Positions 1 through 11,990 are shown, numbered from the whole stretch's first letter. The stretch: DNA of 64,000 nt, filler included, from Rhizaria sp. SCN 62-66 (GCA_001724265.1; 3 parts of 3 records of this genome joined end to end with filler, not necessarily neighbours in it), one strand, 5' to 3'. The notes: a model not told the origin generated them from the letters alone. A program made the numbers and translations.

Positions 1-414
1 AGAAGTCAGCCAAGCCAGATGTTTCCACGCATATAAATAATATAACCAAGTACAATATAGAGCTAATATAAGTATGTATAACTTTTACGCAATTATAACA
101 ATGGACTATTTCGCTCGTAGTGAAATAGAAAAGTGCGCACCAAGGCGCGAAAATCGCGGAAAACACGTTTTTTCATAAACCTCTACATCGGGGGTATCAA
201 CTCAAAGCAAATGCCAATGACATGAGAAATACTTCGTTTATCTAATGTTTTAGCAGTAAGCTGAAGCTTAATTAAGTTAATGCTCAGTCCAGAGGGGTTG
301 ACATATCTGTTATGAAACCGACAAATCAGCGTCCACGGCTCCGACCGTTGGCCCTCGCACTGTGTCGCCGCAGGAGATGACTCGAGCCGTTGTTCGTTCG
401 CGAGTCCCGCTCGC

Positions 415-2126
415 TCACTCGCGCTTGCTCTTGCTCTTGCCGCCGCTACTATGGGCGGGGGCGGGGGCGGGGGCGGGGAACGTCATGGGCAACGGGTCGC
501 GCGCGTCTGCGGCGAACTGCTGCTGTAGCAGCACGAGATGCACCAGCAGCAGCGCGCCGGAAGAGGCGGCCGTGGCCGGGAAGGTGTTCCATGCGCGCTC
601 GACGACGAGGATCATGACCAGGCGCAGCGTCATGGGGATGTTGGAGCGCCAGAAGAGGAACGGCAGCGTGTGGAAATACCACACATAGAACTAAAACAAC
701 ACAAAATCGAATACAAAACAAAAAGTGCAAGAATATTAATGTGAGACTGAAATGAATATAAGAGTTTGATTAAAATGATTATGATGAATATGGAACAGCA
801 AACGTGTTAAGTTGGCGTACCTGGTAGTGGAGCGAGCGCGCGCAGACAATGCCGATGAAGTTGGATACGAACATGCCAGACACAATCCACGCGGGCGCCA
901 GGTTCCCGTCCTTAGCGGCGGCAAGCTCGGCCACGGGGCCCTGGAGCGAGCGCGCGAAGACGCCGACGATGCCGCCGTTGCGGCGCTCGCGGAGGGTGAA
1001 GTACGCCGCCAGCAGGACAAGCTGCGTGGCAAGGAGGCCGAGGGCGAGGTTCTTGGACAGGAACAGGGGCTCGGGCAGGAAGCGCAGGTTCACAGTCCAA
1101 ACATACTAAAGTGCAGAAACAAGCAAAGAAGAACGAAAGAGAGATGCGCAAAATGAGCTCTAAGTGAGATTAAAACTGGCTCAAGCACATTTTCACTATA
1201 TGGCGAGATAATAGTTGTTTCATTGTGCGTGGTTCAGTGAGATTGTGAGTATTCGTAATTCTGCGCACCTGGAACACACGTCCGAAGTCGAACGCGCCGT
1301 GGAAGTACTGTACTGGGTACGTGAGCAGGAACGGCGCGCCTACCACAACCTGCAGCGCGGCGCAGATGGCGAGCTTCGGGATCGCACCCGCAAAGCCGAA
1401 GCGCTGCCAGAGCAGGAGCAGCAGTCCGGGCGCGAAGAGCAGCACGTTCATCTTGATCGAGACTGCGGCGGAGAAGAGGAAGCAGCCCCACGACCAGCGG
1501 TTGCGCGTGAAGAGCAGCACCGCGGCGTAGAGCAACAGCATCGCCACGCCATCGTTGAAGCAGCGCAGCAGGAAGATCGAGTGGATGCGTTTGGAGACCG
1601 ACACAAGGCAGATGGCCCAGGGTGGGAGCGCGCGCGAGCGGTGGAGGACCACGGCGGCGACGGCTGTGATGGCGAGGTACACGCCCAAAAAAATGTACTG
1701 CGCGCGGAGGATGTTGGTGCCGGAGTCGGTGAGGTAGTACAGCGCGGTGTACACGTAGACAAAGCCGGCGGGGTAGACGAGCGGGCCCGTGTCGCCCTTT
1801 AGGTTAGCGTAGTTGAGGTCGCCGTCGAGCACGCCGCGCACCTCCTGCATGTACGCGATCCAGTCGATCTCGGTGTATGCAACGAACTTGATGATGACGA
1901 TGCCGAGCACAAGCTCCAGCAGAAGAAGCAGCGGCAGGATGTACTTAAAGTTGGCGTGGTCGGACACCCAGGCCTGCACCCAGGTAAAAAGGGCGGAGAG
2001 GCCGCTGTCGTCGCCGTCGCAATCGCCAGCGGAGACAGCAGCAGCACCAGTTGAGCTGACGCTGCTGGGGGCCGGGTCGGAGCTCGGCAGTGGCTTCGGC
2101 TGCGCGTGCTTCTTCACGGTAGCCAT
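415..2126 (-). CDS. ALG3: Dol-P-Man:Man5GlcNAc2-PP-dolichol alpha-1,3-mannosyltransferase; 3 exons (2126-1269, 1105-821, 690-415), ~472 aa
   Basis: ALG3 motifs are present: YTEIDWIAYMQEV, GDTGPLVYPAGFVY, SKRIHSIFLLRCFND, SIKMNVLLFAPG, WTVNLRFLPE and ARSLHYQ|FYVWYFHTLPFL. Two phase-0 GT-AG introns (1268-1106, 820-691) join the track ORFs seamlessly. C-terminal KSKRE fits a KxKxx ER-retrieval signal. Stop is TGA. Confidence 0.95.
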
Positions 2127-2710
2127 CTAGATCATCGTGTGAAAACATTTTTCAAGGTCCAGATCAAAAATAAAAGCGTTAGTGAGGCTGTGGCAAAGTG
2201 GGAAGGAGCACGTGGTTCAAGGCGAATCTGTTCGGCTGATGACGCATCGAAATGTGTGTCTAGTACAATGTAAATGTGCATGCAGTTCATATAATAAAGG
2301 AGGCGTATTAGAAACAACGGGTTGTCACTCTTTTCAACATTGTAATGTGCAACAACGGCTCATAGAGCGACTTCCATCAGAAATCTAGGGGCCAACCGAT
2401 GCAGTGGCAGTGTCAAACTGCGAACAAGGAGGACTTGGGCCTTGCAACACGCGAAATGAAGACGAATTCGAAACATAGTTGGGTAAATAATGATTAATAT
2501 GTATCAATAATAACGCAGAGTGTGTCAATACGCGCAATACTCTGCTCCTAAACACATCTATGAATACAACGAACTTGTTTTCCTTAACAGTTCGCTTTTC
2601 TCTTGGGTGATTGCATAAATACCAGCACAGCATCAACAAACGACGCGACGCGACGAGCGCGGCTCTCTTGGCTATCTTGCTGGGTTCGCGTCGCTATCAG
2701 GCAGACGCGC

Positions 2711-3598
2711 TTAGTTGCGACGGCGGCGCTTCTTGACCTCGACGTGCTTCTCGATGCGGACGACCGAGGGCAGGAGCTCCTTGACGGCGAGCAGGACCTT
2801 GACGCGCTCGGAGGGGGCCACGCCGGAGAACATGCGCAGGTTGTGGCGCACGTACTCCATGATCTTGTCCATCTCGGCCACGTCGGCACCGGGGATCTCG
2901 CCGAACTTGATGTCAACGGCGTTGATGTCGACCCAGGCGCGCGTCTTCTCCAGCTCCACGCGACGCTCCTCCTGGCGCAGGAACATCTTGGCGTGGTGAA
3001 GGCGGTACAGGTGCAGCAGGCCCGCCGTGGGGTTGATGTCCGTGCCCATGTCCGACGGCAGCGGCACACGCGGCGTGCGCTGACGCACGTGCTCGACGTT
3101 CTTGTAAATAGGCGAGCCGCGCATGGTGGGCGTGATGTTGACGCGGAAGTTGTCGAGCCCGATGAGGCCCTGGCGCTCCAGCACCGACGACTTGCGCTGC
3201 GCGATCTTGGCGGCGTCGCCGACGGGCACGGTGTCCATGACCTGGTCCAGCAGCTCGCCAGCCTGCTCGGCCGTCGCGAGCTGCTTCTTGAAGAGCGCCA
3301 TGCGCTGCTCGCGGGAGAGGTACTGCCAGTCGAGCGGCACGATGGGGTTCTGCAGCTCGGGGCGCGGCATCGACTCGATCGTGTTCTGGTACCCAGCGCG
3401 CGCGGCGCCGGCGTCGCCCTTGTGGGTAGACGCCAGCGAGTCCGTCACGGGAGACGCAAGGTCCTCCGCGGACTGAAAGTCCTTGCGCAGGAACGACGCG
3501 GCGCGCTGGGGCGCGGCGGCGACAACGGGGGCGGCGGCGGCAGCGACGCCGCGGGACGCGAGCGTTGAGACCGACTTGAGGGCGCGGAAGTTCATCAT
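2711..3598 (-). CDS. Hypothetical protein, ~295 aa, probably mitochondrion-targeted
   Basis: Strong GC3 codon bias. The N-terminus MMNFRALKSVSTLASRGVAAAA is rich in R/S/A/L and lacks acidic residues, like a presequence. Basic C-terminus KKRRRRN. Stop is TAA. Family not recognised. Confidence 0.75.
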   Translation of the reverse strand: MMNFRALKSVSTLASRGVAAAAAPVVAAAPQRAASFLRKDFQSAEDLASPVTDSLASTHKGDAGAARAGYQNTIESMPRPELQNPIVPLDWQYLSREQRMALFKKQLATAEQAGELLDQVMDTVPVGDAAKIAQRKSSVLERQGLIGLDNFRVNITPTMRGSPIYKNVEHVRQRTPRVPLPSDMGTDINPTAGLLHLYRLHHAKMFLRQEERRVELEKTRAWVDINAVDIKFGEIPGADVAEMDKIMEYVRHNLRMFSGVAPSERVKVLLAVKELLPSVVRIEKHVEVKKRRRRN

Positions 3599-4245
3599 GG
3601 CAAACAAACGCGCAAGAAGGAAAGCTCTGGTCTGAGCTTGGAGAGCGCTGAACGGGAACCGGTCGGAGGACGAACCTGTGGGGCTGTCTGGTTCTGGGAG
3701 GAAATGGAAGGGAAGAGAAGACCTGTCGCAGCAGCCCAACGGACGAAAGGAAAGGCAAATAACACAAGATGAGCGACGTCAATAGATGCAGGAACGGCGT
3801 CAATAGTAAGAATAGTGGCGTTTGTAATTGTTCATAAAATTACAAATTAAAGCATAATCGCCAACCCGCACACTGTCGTCGAGAAGCTCTGCGCTCGACC
3901 TCCCAAAACATGCGGCCTCACTTTTTCCACCGCCGGCCCACGGTCGGCCAGCCAGTCTGGCTCGGTCTGCTGTGCTTCGTTGGACTGGCGCCTGCTTCGA
4001 GCTGTCGGCGACCGTACGCCTGCGACGGCGATGCAACTTTCGTGGGGCATGTATGTTCCGTGTATTGGTATTATACGAGGTGATTGTGGGTTTATTTTCT
4101 TTGATTTATTCAACTACGTTTTTGAATTTGAACTGGACTCTGTATTGGGTACCTACTGCACTGTTATTCCGACCCAGTCCGTAGACTGAAAACGCTCACA
4201 TCCCTTCTCCCGTGCTGCATATCCCCCATTTTCGGTGCACAGGCT

Positions 4246-7200
4246 ATGAAACCGAGCAAGTTCTCGGATAAGCCGTCCAAGTTTGCGCCTTTGCAGGCAC
4301 CTTCTGTGCCCAAGGGCAGCGGGTCCAGCGCCAAACCGGCCATGTCCGTGGCCGCGTCGAAGCCCTCCTCCTCCTCTGCCTCCGCCGTCGCCGCGGCCTC
4401 GGCCACGCCCGCGCCCGCGTCGATCCCTGCCGCGCGCCGCTGGGACAGCCTGGCGATTTCCCCCGCGCTGCTGGCGGGCGTGCGCGCGCTGGGCTTCCCG
4501 TCGATGACGCCGGTGCAGGCGGCGACGATCCCGGCCTTCCTGTCCCACAAGGACGTCTGCGTGCAGGCCGTCACGGGCTCCGGCAAGACGCTCGCTTTTG
4601 TGGTCCCGACGCTCGAGCTGCTGCTGCGCCGGCCTGCGCCGCTGCTGGCGCACGAGGTCGGCGCGGTCGTGCTTTCGCCGACGCGCGAGCTGGCGCAGCA
4701 GACGCACGCCGTCTTCGCCCACTTCGTCTCCATCCTCGCACACAGCGCCAGCGCCGACGACGCCAAGGCCGGTGCGGCGGCGGCGGCGACTGCTGCTGCG
4801 GCGGAAGAGGAAGACGACGAGGACGACAACGTGATGCTGAGCAAGCGGAGCAAGCAGCTCTTCGCCAAGAACAAGGACAAGGCCGGCGACGCCGTGCGGC
4901 TCGCTGCGGCGGCGCGCAAGCTCGTGCTGCGCACGTGCATCGGCGGCACCAACGCCGTCGCCGAGGCGGCCTCGCTGGTGGCCGAGGGCGGCAATGTGCT
5001 GATCGGCACGCCGGGCCGCCTCGAGCAGATCCTCGCCGGCGACACGCTGTCCACCAAGGCACTCGAAGTGCTGATTCTGGACGAGGCGGACCGACTGCTG
5101 GACCAGGGCTTCCAGGCCGCGCTCAACGCCATCTTGCGGCGCCTGCCGAAGCAGCGGCGCACGGGGCTGTTTTCTGCGACACTGACGGACCAGATCGATG
5201 AGCTGGCCAAGGCCGGGCTGCGCAACCCCGTGCGCATCACCGTGCGCGTGCAGTACAAGCAGGGCGCCGGCTCCGAGAGCGTGGCGCGCGCCAAGGAGGA
5301 AGCCAAGGCCGCGGCCGTCGAGGCCAAGCGCGCCGCGCGCGAGAGCCGGCGCCGCGCCATGGGCAACGGCAGCGCCGATGATAGCAACTCCGAGGATGAC
5401 ATCGACGACGACGCGGACGCGGCGGCGGCGCCGACGCACCAGGCGATCCCGTCGTCGCTCAACAACTACTACACGGTGGTGCCGGTGGAGCAGAAGCTGC
5501 TGCAGCTGGTGTCGTTCCTGGACCGCCACCGCGCCGACAAGGTCATCGTGTTCATGCTGACGTGCTCGTTCGTCGACTACACGCACAAGCTGCTCGCCGG
5601 AGTCCCCGCGCTGCAGCAGACCTTCGCGATGGTCGACGGCGCCGACCGCGCCGCCGCCGCCGCCGCGGGCGCGGGCGACAAGCCCGTGCTGGCTGCGCTG
5701 CACGGCAAGCTGACACAGTCGAAGCGCGACGCCGTGTACGCGTCGTTCCGCGCGGCCCGCAGCGGCGCGCTGCTGTGCACTGATGTGGCGGCGCGCGGCA
5801 TCGACGTTGCCGACATCTCGTGGGTGCTGCAGCTGGAGCCGCCGCAGAACCCGGACTTCTACACGCACCGCGTGGGCCGCGCAGCGCGCGCGGGCCGCGA
5901 GGGCGCCGCCGTGGTGTTTCTCGCGCCGCACGAGAAAGACTTCCTGGGCCACCTGTCGGTGAAGCAGATCCCGGTGCAAGAGCTGCCCGCGCCGGCGCTG
6001 CCGCAGGGCGCGCTCCAGGCGCTGCTGCAGCCAGTCAAGGAGAGCTACTACACGGTCACCGGCGTCATCAGAGATAGTGACGAGGGCGACAGCGACGAGG
6101 ACAACGAAGACGACGATGACGACGATGATGACGAGGACGATGACGAGGAGGAGGACGGCAGCAGCAAGAAGAAGGCGAAGAAGGTCAAGGCCCCCAAGGC
6201 CCCTAAGGACCCCAAGGACAAGACGCGCGCCCGCGTCGCCGTGACGACCGACATTGTCGCCTACGTCGACACCGCTAAAGCCAAGGCCGCCGCCTCCGAA
6301 GGCAACGGCGCCGACGCCGCGGCCGTCACGGTCGCGCCTTTCCCGTGCCCCGCGCTGCCGCCGGTCCCCGCCGCCGCACTGACGGTCGAGAACGGGCAGC
6401 TGTACGCCAAGACGGCGAACGAGAACGAGATGGTGGGCGCCAACGACGACGGCGCGCGCACAGGTGGCGTCAAGCTCGTCGCCGCCGACGCCAAGAAGCT
6501 GGCCGAGCTGCGCCGCAAGCTCAAGATCTCGCACAAAGAAGCTGAGCGCATCTACGCCAAGTCGATGCGCGACGCCGCCGCCAAGGCTGGCGCTCTCAAG
6601 GCTGCCAACGCAAGCAAGCAGGACGGCGACGGCAGCGCGGCCGGCGCCGCCACAAAGCTTCCGACGGGCACTACGGTGGCCGTGGCGCCCCCCGCGGCGG
6701 GCGCGAGCCTGATCGAGTGGGCGCGCTTCCGGGCCGTGACAGACCGCAAGATGCTCGCGCTGGGCGCATCGGCCTTCACGGCGTACGCGCGCGCGTACAA
6801 GGAGCACAAGCTGCGCTTTACGCTGCCCTTTGCGGCGCTGCCGTGGGTGCGGCTGGCGCTGGGCATGGGGCTCGCGTTCTTGCCGCTGCTGCCCGACCTC
6901 AAGCGCTACCGCCTCGTGTACCCGCGGCTGACGCGCGTGCCGGCCCACTGCGTGCCTTATGCTGACGCCGAGCGCGAGGCGCGGCGCGGCGCCGAAGACG
7001 CGGCGCGGCGCGCGACCAATGAGGCGCAGCGCACCAAGCGGCTGGCCAAGGAAAAGGAGCGCGAGGCAGAGCGCGAGCGGCGCGAGGAGATCCGCAAGAA
7101 GAAGAACAAGACCAAGAAGAAGAAGACGTTCGAGGAGTTCGAGACCGAGTGGAACGAGCTCGCGGACGAGATGCGTTCGATCAAGAAGAAGGTCAAGAAG

Positions 7201-8646
7201 GGCCGCAAGCACGACTACGCGGAGTCCGACAGCGACAACAGTGACGACGACGATTTCGACACCGCGGTTGCCAAGGCCGTCACTGCCAGGGCCGCGGCGA
7301 AGAAGGCCGCCAAGAAGGGCAGTGACGGCGACTTTGATAGCGACAACGATGACGCTGACAGTGACGTTGAGCTGTCTAAGCCTGCTGCGACTGGCGCCAA
7401 CGCCAAGCCCAAGGCTAAGGCTGCTGCCAAGGACGAGAGCGATAGTGATTTTGACGACCTCGACGACCTTGTGAGCTCTCTCACCCCCGTCAAGAAGAGT
7501 AACAATAATAACAACGCGAAGGCCGCTGTGGCTGCTGCTAGTGGTAAGAATAGCAGTGACCGCGGGCTCAAGCGCACCGCGCCCCAGTCCGACTCTGATG
7601 ACGACGACGACGACGTTGATGATGTCGACGACGTAGACGCTGACGAGGACGAGGACGAGGAGGACGGCGTGGACGTCGTCGAGGGCGACGATGACTCGAT
7701 CGAAGGCGACTCCGCCGAGGGCGATGAGGGCGACGAAGGGGACGTGCCCGGCGTGGACACCGTGGGCGGATACAAGCCCTACACGGGGATCGACTGGCTC
7801 AGTCTGCTCATGGGCGGCGGTGAGGGCGACGAGGGCGATGAGGGCGACGAAGGGGACGAGGGCGATGAGGGTGACGAGGGCGACGACGGACTCGAAACGA
7901 TTAACGACGATGAGATCGGCTCCATAGACAGCGAAAGTGAGAGCGACGACGGCGACGACGACGACGACGATGAGGTTAAGAGCGCCCGCGGCGACGGCAG
8001 CAGCGGCGACAACAGGGACGCGCGCGCCGTGGCGGCCGCGGGCAGCGTGAGCGTCACGCCCGCCGGCACCGTGCGCGTGGCCACGACGCCCCGCGTGTCG
8101 TTCGGCAGCGACGTCAAGGTCACCGCCGCCGCCGTCAAGGCCGCTCCTGCAACGCCCACCAAGGCCTCTCCCGCAGGCGATGCGGACTCGCTGACGACGA
8201 GCGACGGGCGGCCGCTGACGCCGATCATCCGCCCCTCCGGCGGCCGCGCTAAGCCGGGCGCGCCGCGCATTCGTTTCGCGCCCAAGGAAGAGCTCGAGAC
8301 GGTTCGCTTCATCCCGGGGCTGCCCAAGCGCCGGCGCGGCCGCGGCGGCTTCGGCGGCGGTGGCGGCGCGGGTGCCAACGCCGCGCTAATGCAGATGGCG
8401 ATGCGGCAGGCGATCATGCAGCTCGCGCAGCGCCAGAAGCAGGGACAGGGCCAGGGCCAGGGGCAGGGGCAGGGGCAGGGGCAGCAGTTCCAGCAACACG
8501 CCCAGCAGCAGCAGCAGCAGCAGCAGCACTTCCAGCATGGGCGTCCGCAGCAACAGCAGCAGCACGGTCAGCAGCAGGGGCGTCAGACTTTCAAAGGGGT
8601 TGGCGGCGGCAATAAGTACGGCGGTGGCTTTCACCACAGGCGCTGA
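4246..8646 (+). CDS. DDX55: DEAD-box RNA helicase of SPB4/DDX55 type with long acidic/low-complexity C-terminal extension, 1466 aa
   Basis: Helicase motifs MTPVQ, AVTGSGKTLAF, SPTRELA, GTPGRL, DEAD, LPKQRRTGLFSAT, AGLRNP, TDVAARGID and HRVGRAAR. The segment AYARAYKEHKLRF...LALGMGLAFLPLLPDLK matches the Spb4-type C-terminal extension. Stop is TGA. Confidence 0.9.
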   Translation: MKPSKFSDKPSKFAPLQAPSVPKGSGSSAKPAMSVAASKPSSSSASAVAAASATPAPASIPAARRWDSLAISPALLAGVRALGFPSMTPVQAATIPAFLSHKDVCVQAVTGSGKTLAFVVPTLELLLRRPAPLLAHEVGAVVLSPTRELAQQTHAVFAHFVSILAHSASADDAKAGAAAAATAAAAEEEDDEDDNVMLSKRSKQLFAKNKDKAGDAVRLAAAARKLVLRTCIGGTNAVAEAASLVAEGGNVLIGTPGRLEQILAGDTLSTKALEVLILDEADRLLDQGFQAALNAILRRLPKQRRTGLFSATLTDQIDELAKAGLRNPVRITVRVQYKQGAGSESVARAKEEAKAAAVEAKRAARESRRRAMGNGSADDSNSEDDIDDDADAAAAPTHQAIPSSLNNYYTVVPVEQKLLQLVSFLDRHRADKVIVFMLTCSFVDYTHKLLAGVPALQQTFAMVDGADRAAAAAAGAGDKPVLAALHGKLTQSKRDAVYASFRAARSGALLCTDVAARGIDVADISWVLQLEPPQNPDFYTHRVGRAARAGREGAAVVFLAPHEKDFLGHLSVKQIPVQELPAPALPQGALQALLQPVKESYYTVTGVIRDSDEGDSDEDNEDDDDDDDDEDDDEEEDGSSKKKAKKVKAPKAPKDPKDKTRARVAVTTDIVAYVDTAKAKAAASEGNGADAAAVTVAPFPCPALPPVPAAALTVENGQLYAKTANENEMVGANDDGARTGGVKLVAADAKKLAELRRKLKISHKEAERIYAKSMRDAAAKAGALKAANASKQDGDGSAAGAATKLPTGTTVAVAPPAAGASLIEWARFRAVTDRKMLALGASAFTAYARAYKEHKLRFTLPFAALPWVRLALGMGLAFLPLLPDLKRYRLVYPRLTRVPAHCVPYADAEREARRGAEDAARRATNEAQRTKRLAKEKEREAERERREEIRKKKNKTKKKKTFEEFETEWNELADEMRSIKKKVKKGRKHDYAESDSDNSDDDDFDTAVAKAVTARAAAKKAAKKGSDGDFDSDNDDADSDVELSKPAATGANAKPKAKAAAKDESDSDFDDLDDLVSSLTPVKKSNNNNNAKAAVAAASGKNSSDRGLKRTAPQSDSDDDDDDVDDVDDVDADEDEDEEDGVDVVEGDDDSIEGDSAEGDEGDEGDVPGVDTVGGYKPYTGIDWLSLLMGGGEGDEGDEGDEGDEGDEGDEGDDGLETINDDEIGSIDSESESDDGDDDDDDEVKSARGDGSSGDNRDARAVAAAGSVSVTPAGTVRVATTPRVSFGSDVKVTAAAVKAAPATPTKASPAGDADSLTTSDGRPLTPIIRPSGGRAKPGAPRIRFAPKEELETVRFIPGLPKRRRGRGGFGGGGGAGANAALMQMAMRQAIMQLAQRQKQGQGQGQGQGQGQGQQFQQHAQQQQQQQQHFQHGRPQQQQQHGQQQGRQTFKGVGGGNKYGGGFHHRR
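7822..7884 (+). repeat. Coding 9-nt tandem repeat x7 encoding (EGD)7
   Basis: GARGGNGAY units are directly visible inside the helicase tail; a shorter run occurs near 7717. Confidence 0.85.
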
Positions 8647-9228
8647 GCCCTCTCTCTCTCTTTCTCCGATGCTGCTGACGCATCTGCGCTATTTAATGTT
8701 GCACTCAATCCTCACTGCTTGTGATGTTGGTGATTATCACTGCTGATGAGCCTAAGTTATCCCTTACTTGTTTTCTTAACAGCTGTACGTTTTGTTTGGT
8801 ACACCTTCGACGTGGCCTGACATATATAATAATATTTGCGTTGTGTATGTCAAAAAATATCCGCACTTTAAGTGCTCAATACACCTGTACATTGTATATT
8901 TTTCAAGTCAGCGCAACCATCTCAAGTCATATGATCTCTACTAATGAACAAGGCAAAATTTAGAATGTGTCGCCTTTTAAATTGCGCACTTCCTGTGGCG
9001 CTGGCAGCATTCACCATGGCCACTAGTCACTGATGCGATGACTGTGTGCCTTCAAGTTGATGAAGCTAAGAAAGTTGAAGAAAATCAATGGCATTGCAAT
9101 GTTTGAGTGCAAATGCTTGTTCATATTAAATCTTGATGTGTATGTTTTACTAATATAAAAACAACACCCCTGCGTCTGGTCATACTTAACTTAAACACGA
9201 CGCGATCTTTATACAGTCCCCATCAACG

Positions 9229-9808
9229 ATGTCTGATCGTCGCCCTACTTCCGACGAGAACGCTACCCGTACGTCACAGTTGACAAGCAAATATAGATGC
9301 ACCTTGCCCCTAGTAGTACTTGGAGAACTCTTTATTTGATTCGCAGTGCGCTGACACGACATCTTAAATCAAGACTCACAACCCGTTCTTCATTTCTCAT
9401 CACGCCTCAGGCAACTCCGGTTCAATGCGCCTGCGCCCCGTCGCCCGCGCCGACTACGCCCCGCGTATGCGCACCGAAGGCGCCGGCACGGGCGCCGCCG
9501 TAGCGCAGCCCGCACGCCCGCGCTCACGCCCCGCGACCGCTGTGGAGCTCTACGGCCCTTCGAGCGCGGCCGCGGTCCACGGCGCGGCCGCGGCCGCGCC
9601 CGCTATTGCCGGCCGCCGGGGGCTCGTGCGCCGCGAAATCACCAAGAACAAGGCGTTCCCGGCCGTGTACGCGCCGCCGCCGCAGCCCGTGCAGGGCGAG
9701 TACGCGCCCGCGCACGGGCCCGGCGGTAACGCCGACCTGCGCGCCCATGGTAACGGCGCCAGCGCTGGCGGGCATATGTACTTCCAGCCGCGCCGCCAGA
9801 CGCATTAA
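9229..9808 (+). CDS. Hypothetical protein, ~145 aa; 2 exons (9229-9268, 9411-9808)
   Basis: ATG at 9229 (MSDRRPTSDENAT), GTACGT donor at 9269 and CAG acceptor ending 9410 splice in frame into the GC-rich ORF. Stop is TAA. Confidence 0.7.
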
Positions 9809-10083
9809 GTCGAGCAACAATGCGGTGTTGATGTGTCGATAATCCATGGCTTTTCGTTATGAAGATGAAAAAACATATGTGTATTGCAAAAGTGTACACA
9901 CAGCACGGTGATAGTAGAATAAAACACAAAAGAGAATAAAGAAAGTTGTCTAGAAAACAAAAAATATGAAAAGCAAGATCAATATAACATCCGCTAACTA
10001 GTACTATAGAGAACGTGTGGTTGCGCTTTCAGGCGATAGCGGGACGGCGTTCAGCCTCTGCAGCTGTTCGTGCGATGATGCGC

Positions 10084-11193
10084 TTAGCCGAGCGTGTGGC
10101 CCTTGCTGTGAGCGACAACAGACAAGCAAAACGAATAAAAATAAAGAGATGAGCGAGTTGCACCAGAGTAAACGGCAGATATTCACAAGATCATCATCAA
10201 ACGCAGACAGATACATCATCGCATCAAAGTGCAACGTAAAGTGCGGCGTACCCGGTAAAGGCGTGGAAGCCGCTGCCGGCGCCGCTTGCGGTGCCCGAGG
10301 CCGCAGCGCCGCTGCTGCTGCGCGCGGGTTGGGACCCCAGCGCGTGGCCGCGGGGCGCGCTGACGAGGTACGACTGGCCGGCGCCGGCGTTGTTGCCGTC
10401 CTCGACGTCACCGAGCTGCTGCCCGCTACTGGCACCCCAGTTGTGCTGCCGCTGCGGCGCCGCCTGGCCGCGCTGCGCAGGGCCACCCGCGCCGGCGGCG
10501 GTGCGGTAGGGCGCAGCGCCGTAGCCGTCGCCGCTGTCGCCGCCCTGCTGCATGTCAGCGCCGTTGTAGAGGATGCTCTTGAGCTCTTTGTAGAGCTTGT
10601 AAGCGACGACAGTGGCGTAGAGGTACACCGCCGGGCCCGCACCGATGGTGATCATGTAGAAGGTGCCCACCCAACCCTTGGGGCCCGCAAACGCGGCGAC
10701 GCCCGCGAGGTAGAGGATGAGGCGCAGCACGGCCCAAACGGTGTTAAAGCCGTTGAGGAACATGTAACACATGACCTGCTGGTACGAGTACGCCATCGGG
10801 TGCGACTTGACCGCGAAGGCGCCGACGAGAACGAAGATGAGGTCGAAGGCGCCGTCAAAGTAGCGTCCGCCCAGGAAGTCGAAGATGGCAAGGATGAACT
10901 GCAGCACCACGGCCAGGATGAAGAGCTGGCCCAACACCTGTGAACGCGGTGTGTGATACGTGTGTGATGACGTGTGTGTGTCCAGAGAAGCAAAAGGGGT
11001 TTTGACAAACAACGTAGAAGCAGTGTGGTTAAGATAAGTCCGTATATTATGTGTAGGCGTCAGTTTAATGCGTGTAGAATGGGGTATGTGTTAGACTGCG
11101 TTTGTTCTACGGCAAGGGTGACGAAAGTATGGGATGAAGGTGAAAGCAACAAAGTGGACGTACGTTGGCCTTGGGCGACGCTGGAATCAGCAT
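10084..11193 (-). CDS. Multi-pass (about 4 TM) membrane protein with C-terminal SHP-box-like motif; 3 exons (11193-11164, 10937-10252, 10105-10084), ~245 aa
   Basis: Four hydrophobic stretches are followed by a G/A/Q-rich tail. Two GTACGY...CAG introns give the N-terminus MLIPASPKAN|VLGQLF and the C-terminus FHAFTG|KGHTLG, then TAA. Confidence 0.75.
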
Positions 11194-11990
11194 GTTTTGT
11201 CCGCCACCAAAAAGACACATCTTTCAAGAGGCTATATATCAGGAGCAATATAGGAGGGCAGTTAGAATGTGAGCGGATGCAACGGTATTGAGGTGGAATG
11301 CATCGAAAGGCAGAGCTGCCACAGTCTTTGTCCTTAATCACTTGCTAGACGACTACTCCTAAGTCCTGATACGAATGAATAGAATCTGCAGCAGCACTCA
11401 AACGTTGCATAATCATTCCCACGCCATTGTAGTCCCCTTAAAATGCGCAGTGCTTCTTATATGTAGACTTATCACATTAGCAGGAGGAGGGAACCATTGA
11501 AGGGTCGCCAGAGTCATCACACGCGCCCTAAAGCGCGATCACACCTGAAAAGATGGCACTTAACAAGCTCCAGAGAACGCACAATTATACGTAGTCAATA
11601 ATTCAATTGTGTTAATACTTATAAACGTATTGTTGTTTCAATGTGACGACGGGACGTTGAGATATGGCGTATGATCTTTGCATGGTCACACAAATCTGCT
11701 CTCAGCCACCATTGTCAAGTCACGCTTGTGGTGATTTTGCAATTGACTTAGGAAGTGATACGAACACAACTGCGTTTCATATTATATCTTGCAATTTGCT
11801 AGAGTTACAGTATAATCATTGTATTGATTGTTATCCAGCACTGGTAGCACGTAAAACGCGCTCGACTGACACAATAAAAAAGGAGACAAGTCTCTCTCTC
11901 ACTCATGCTGGACTCACATTCGCGTCCGTTCACTTCACGAGCGCGGTCGAGTCCGCAGACACACTTGGGGTATGAAGCGCTGTTACGCAC

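Noticed and set aside
4153-7212. 1019-aa antisense ORF and the many other overlapping ORFs
   Set aside because: These are shadow ORFs produced by high GC3 on the true coding strand and carry no recognisable motifs.
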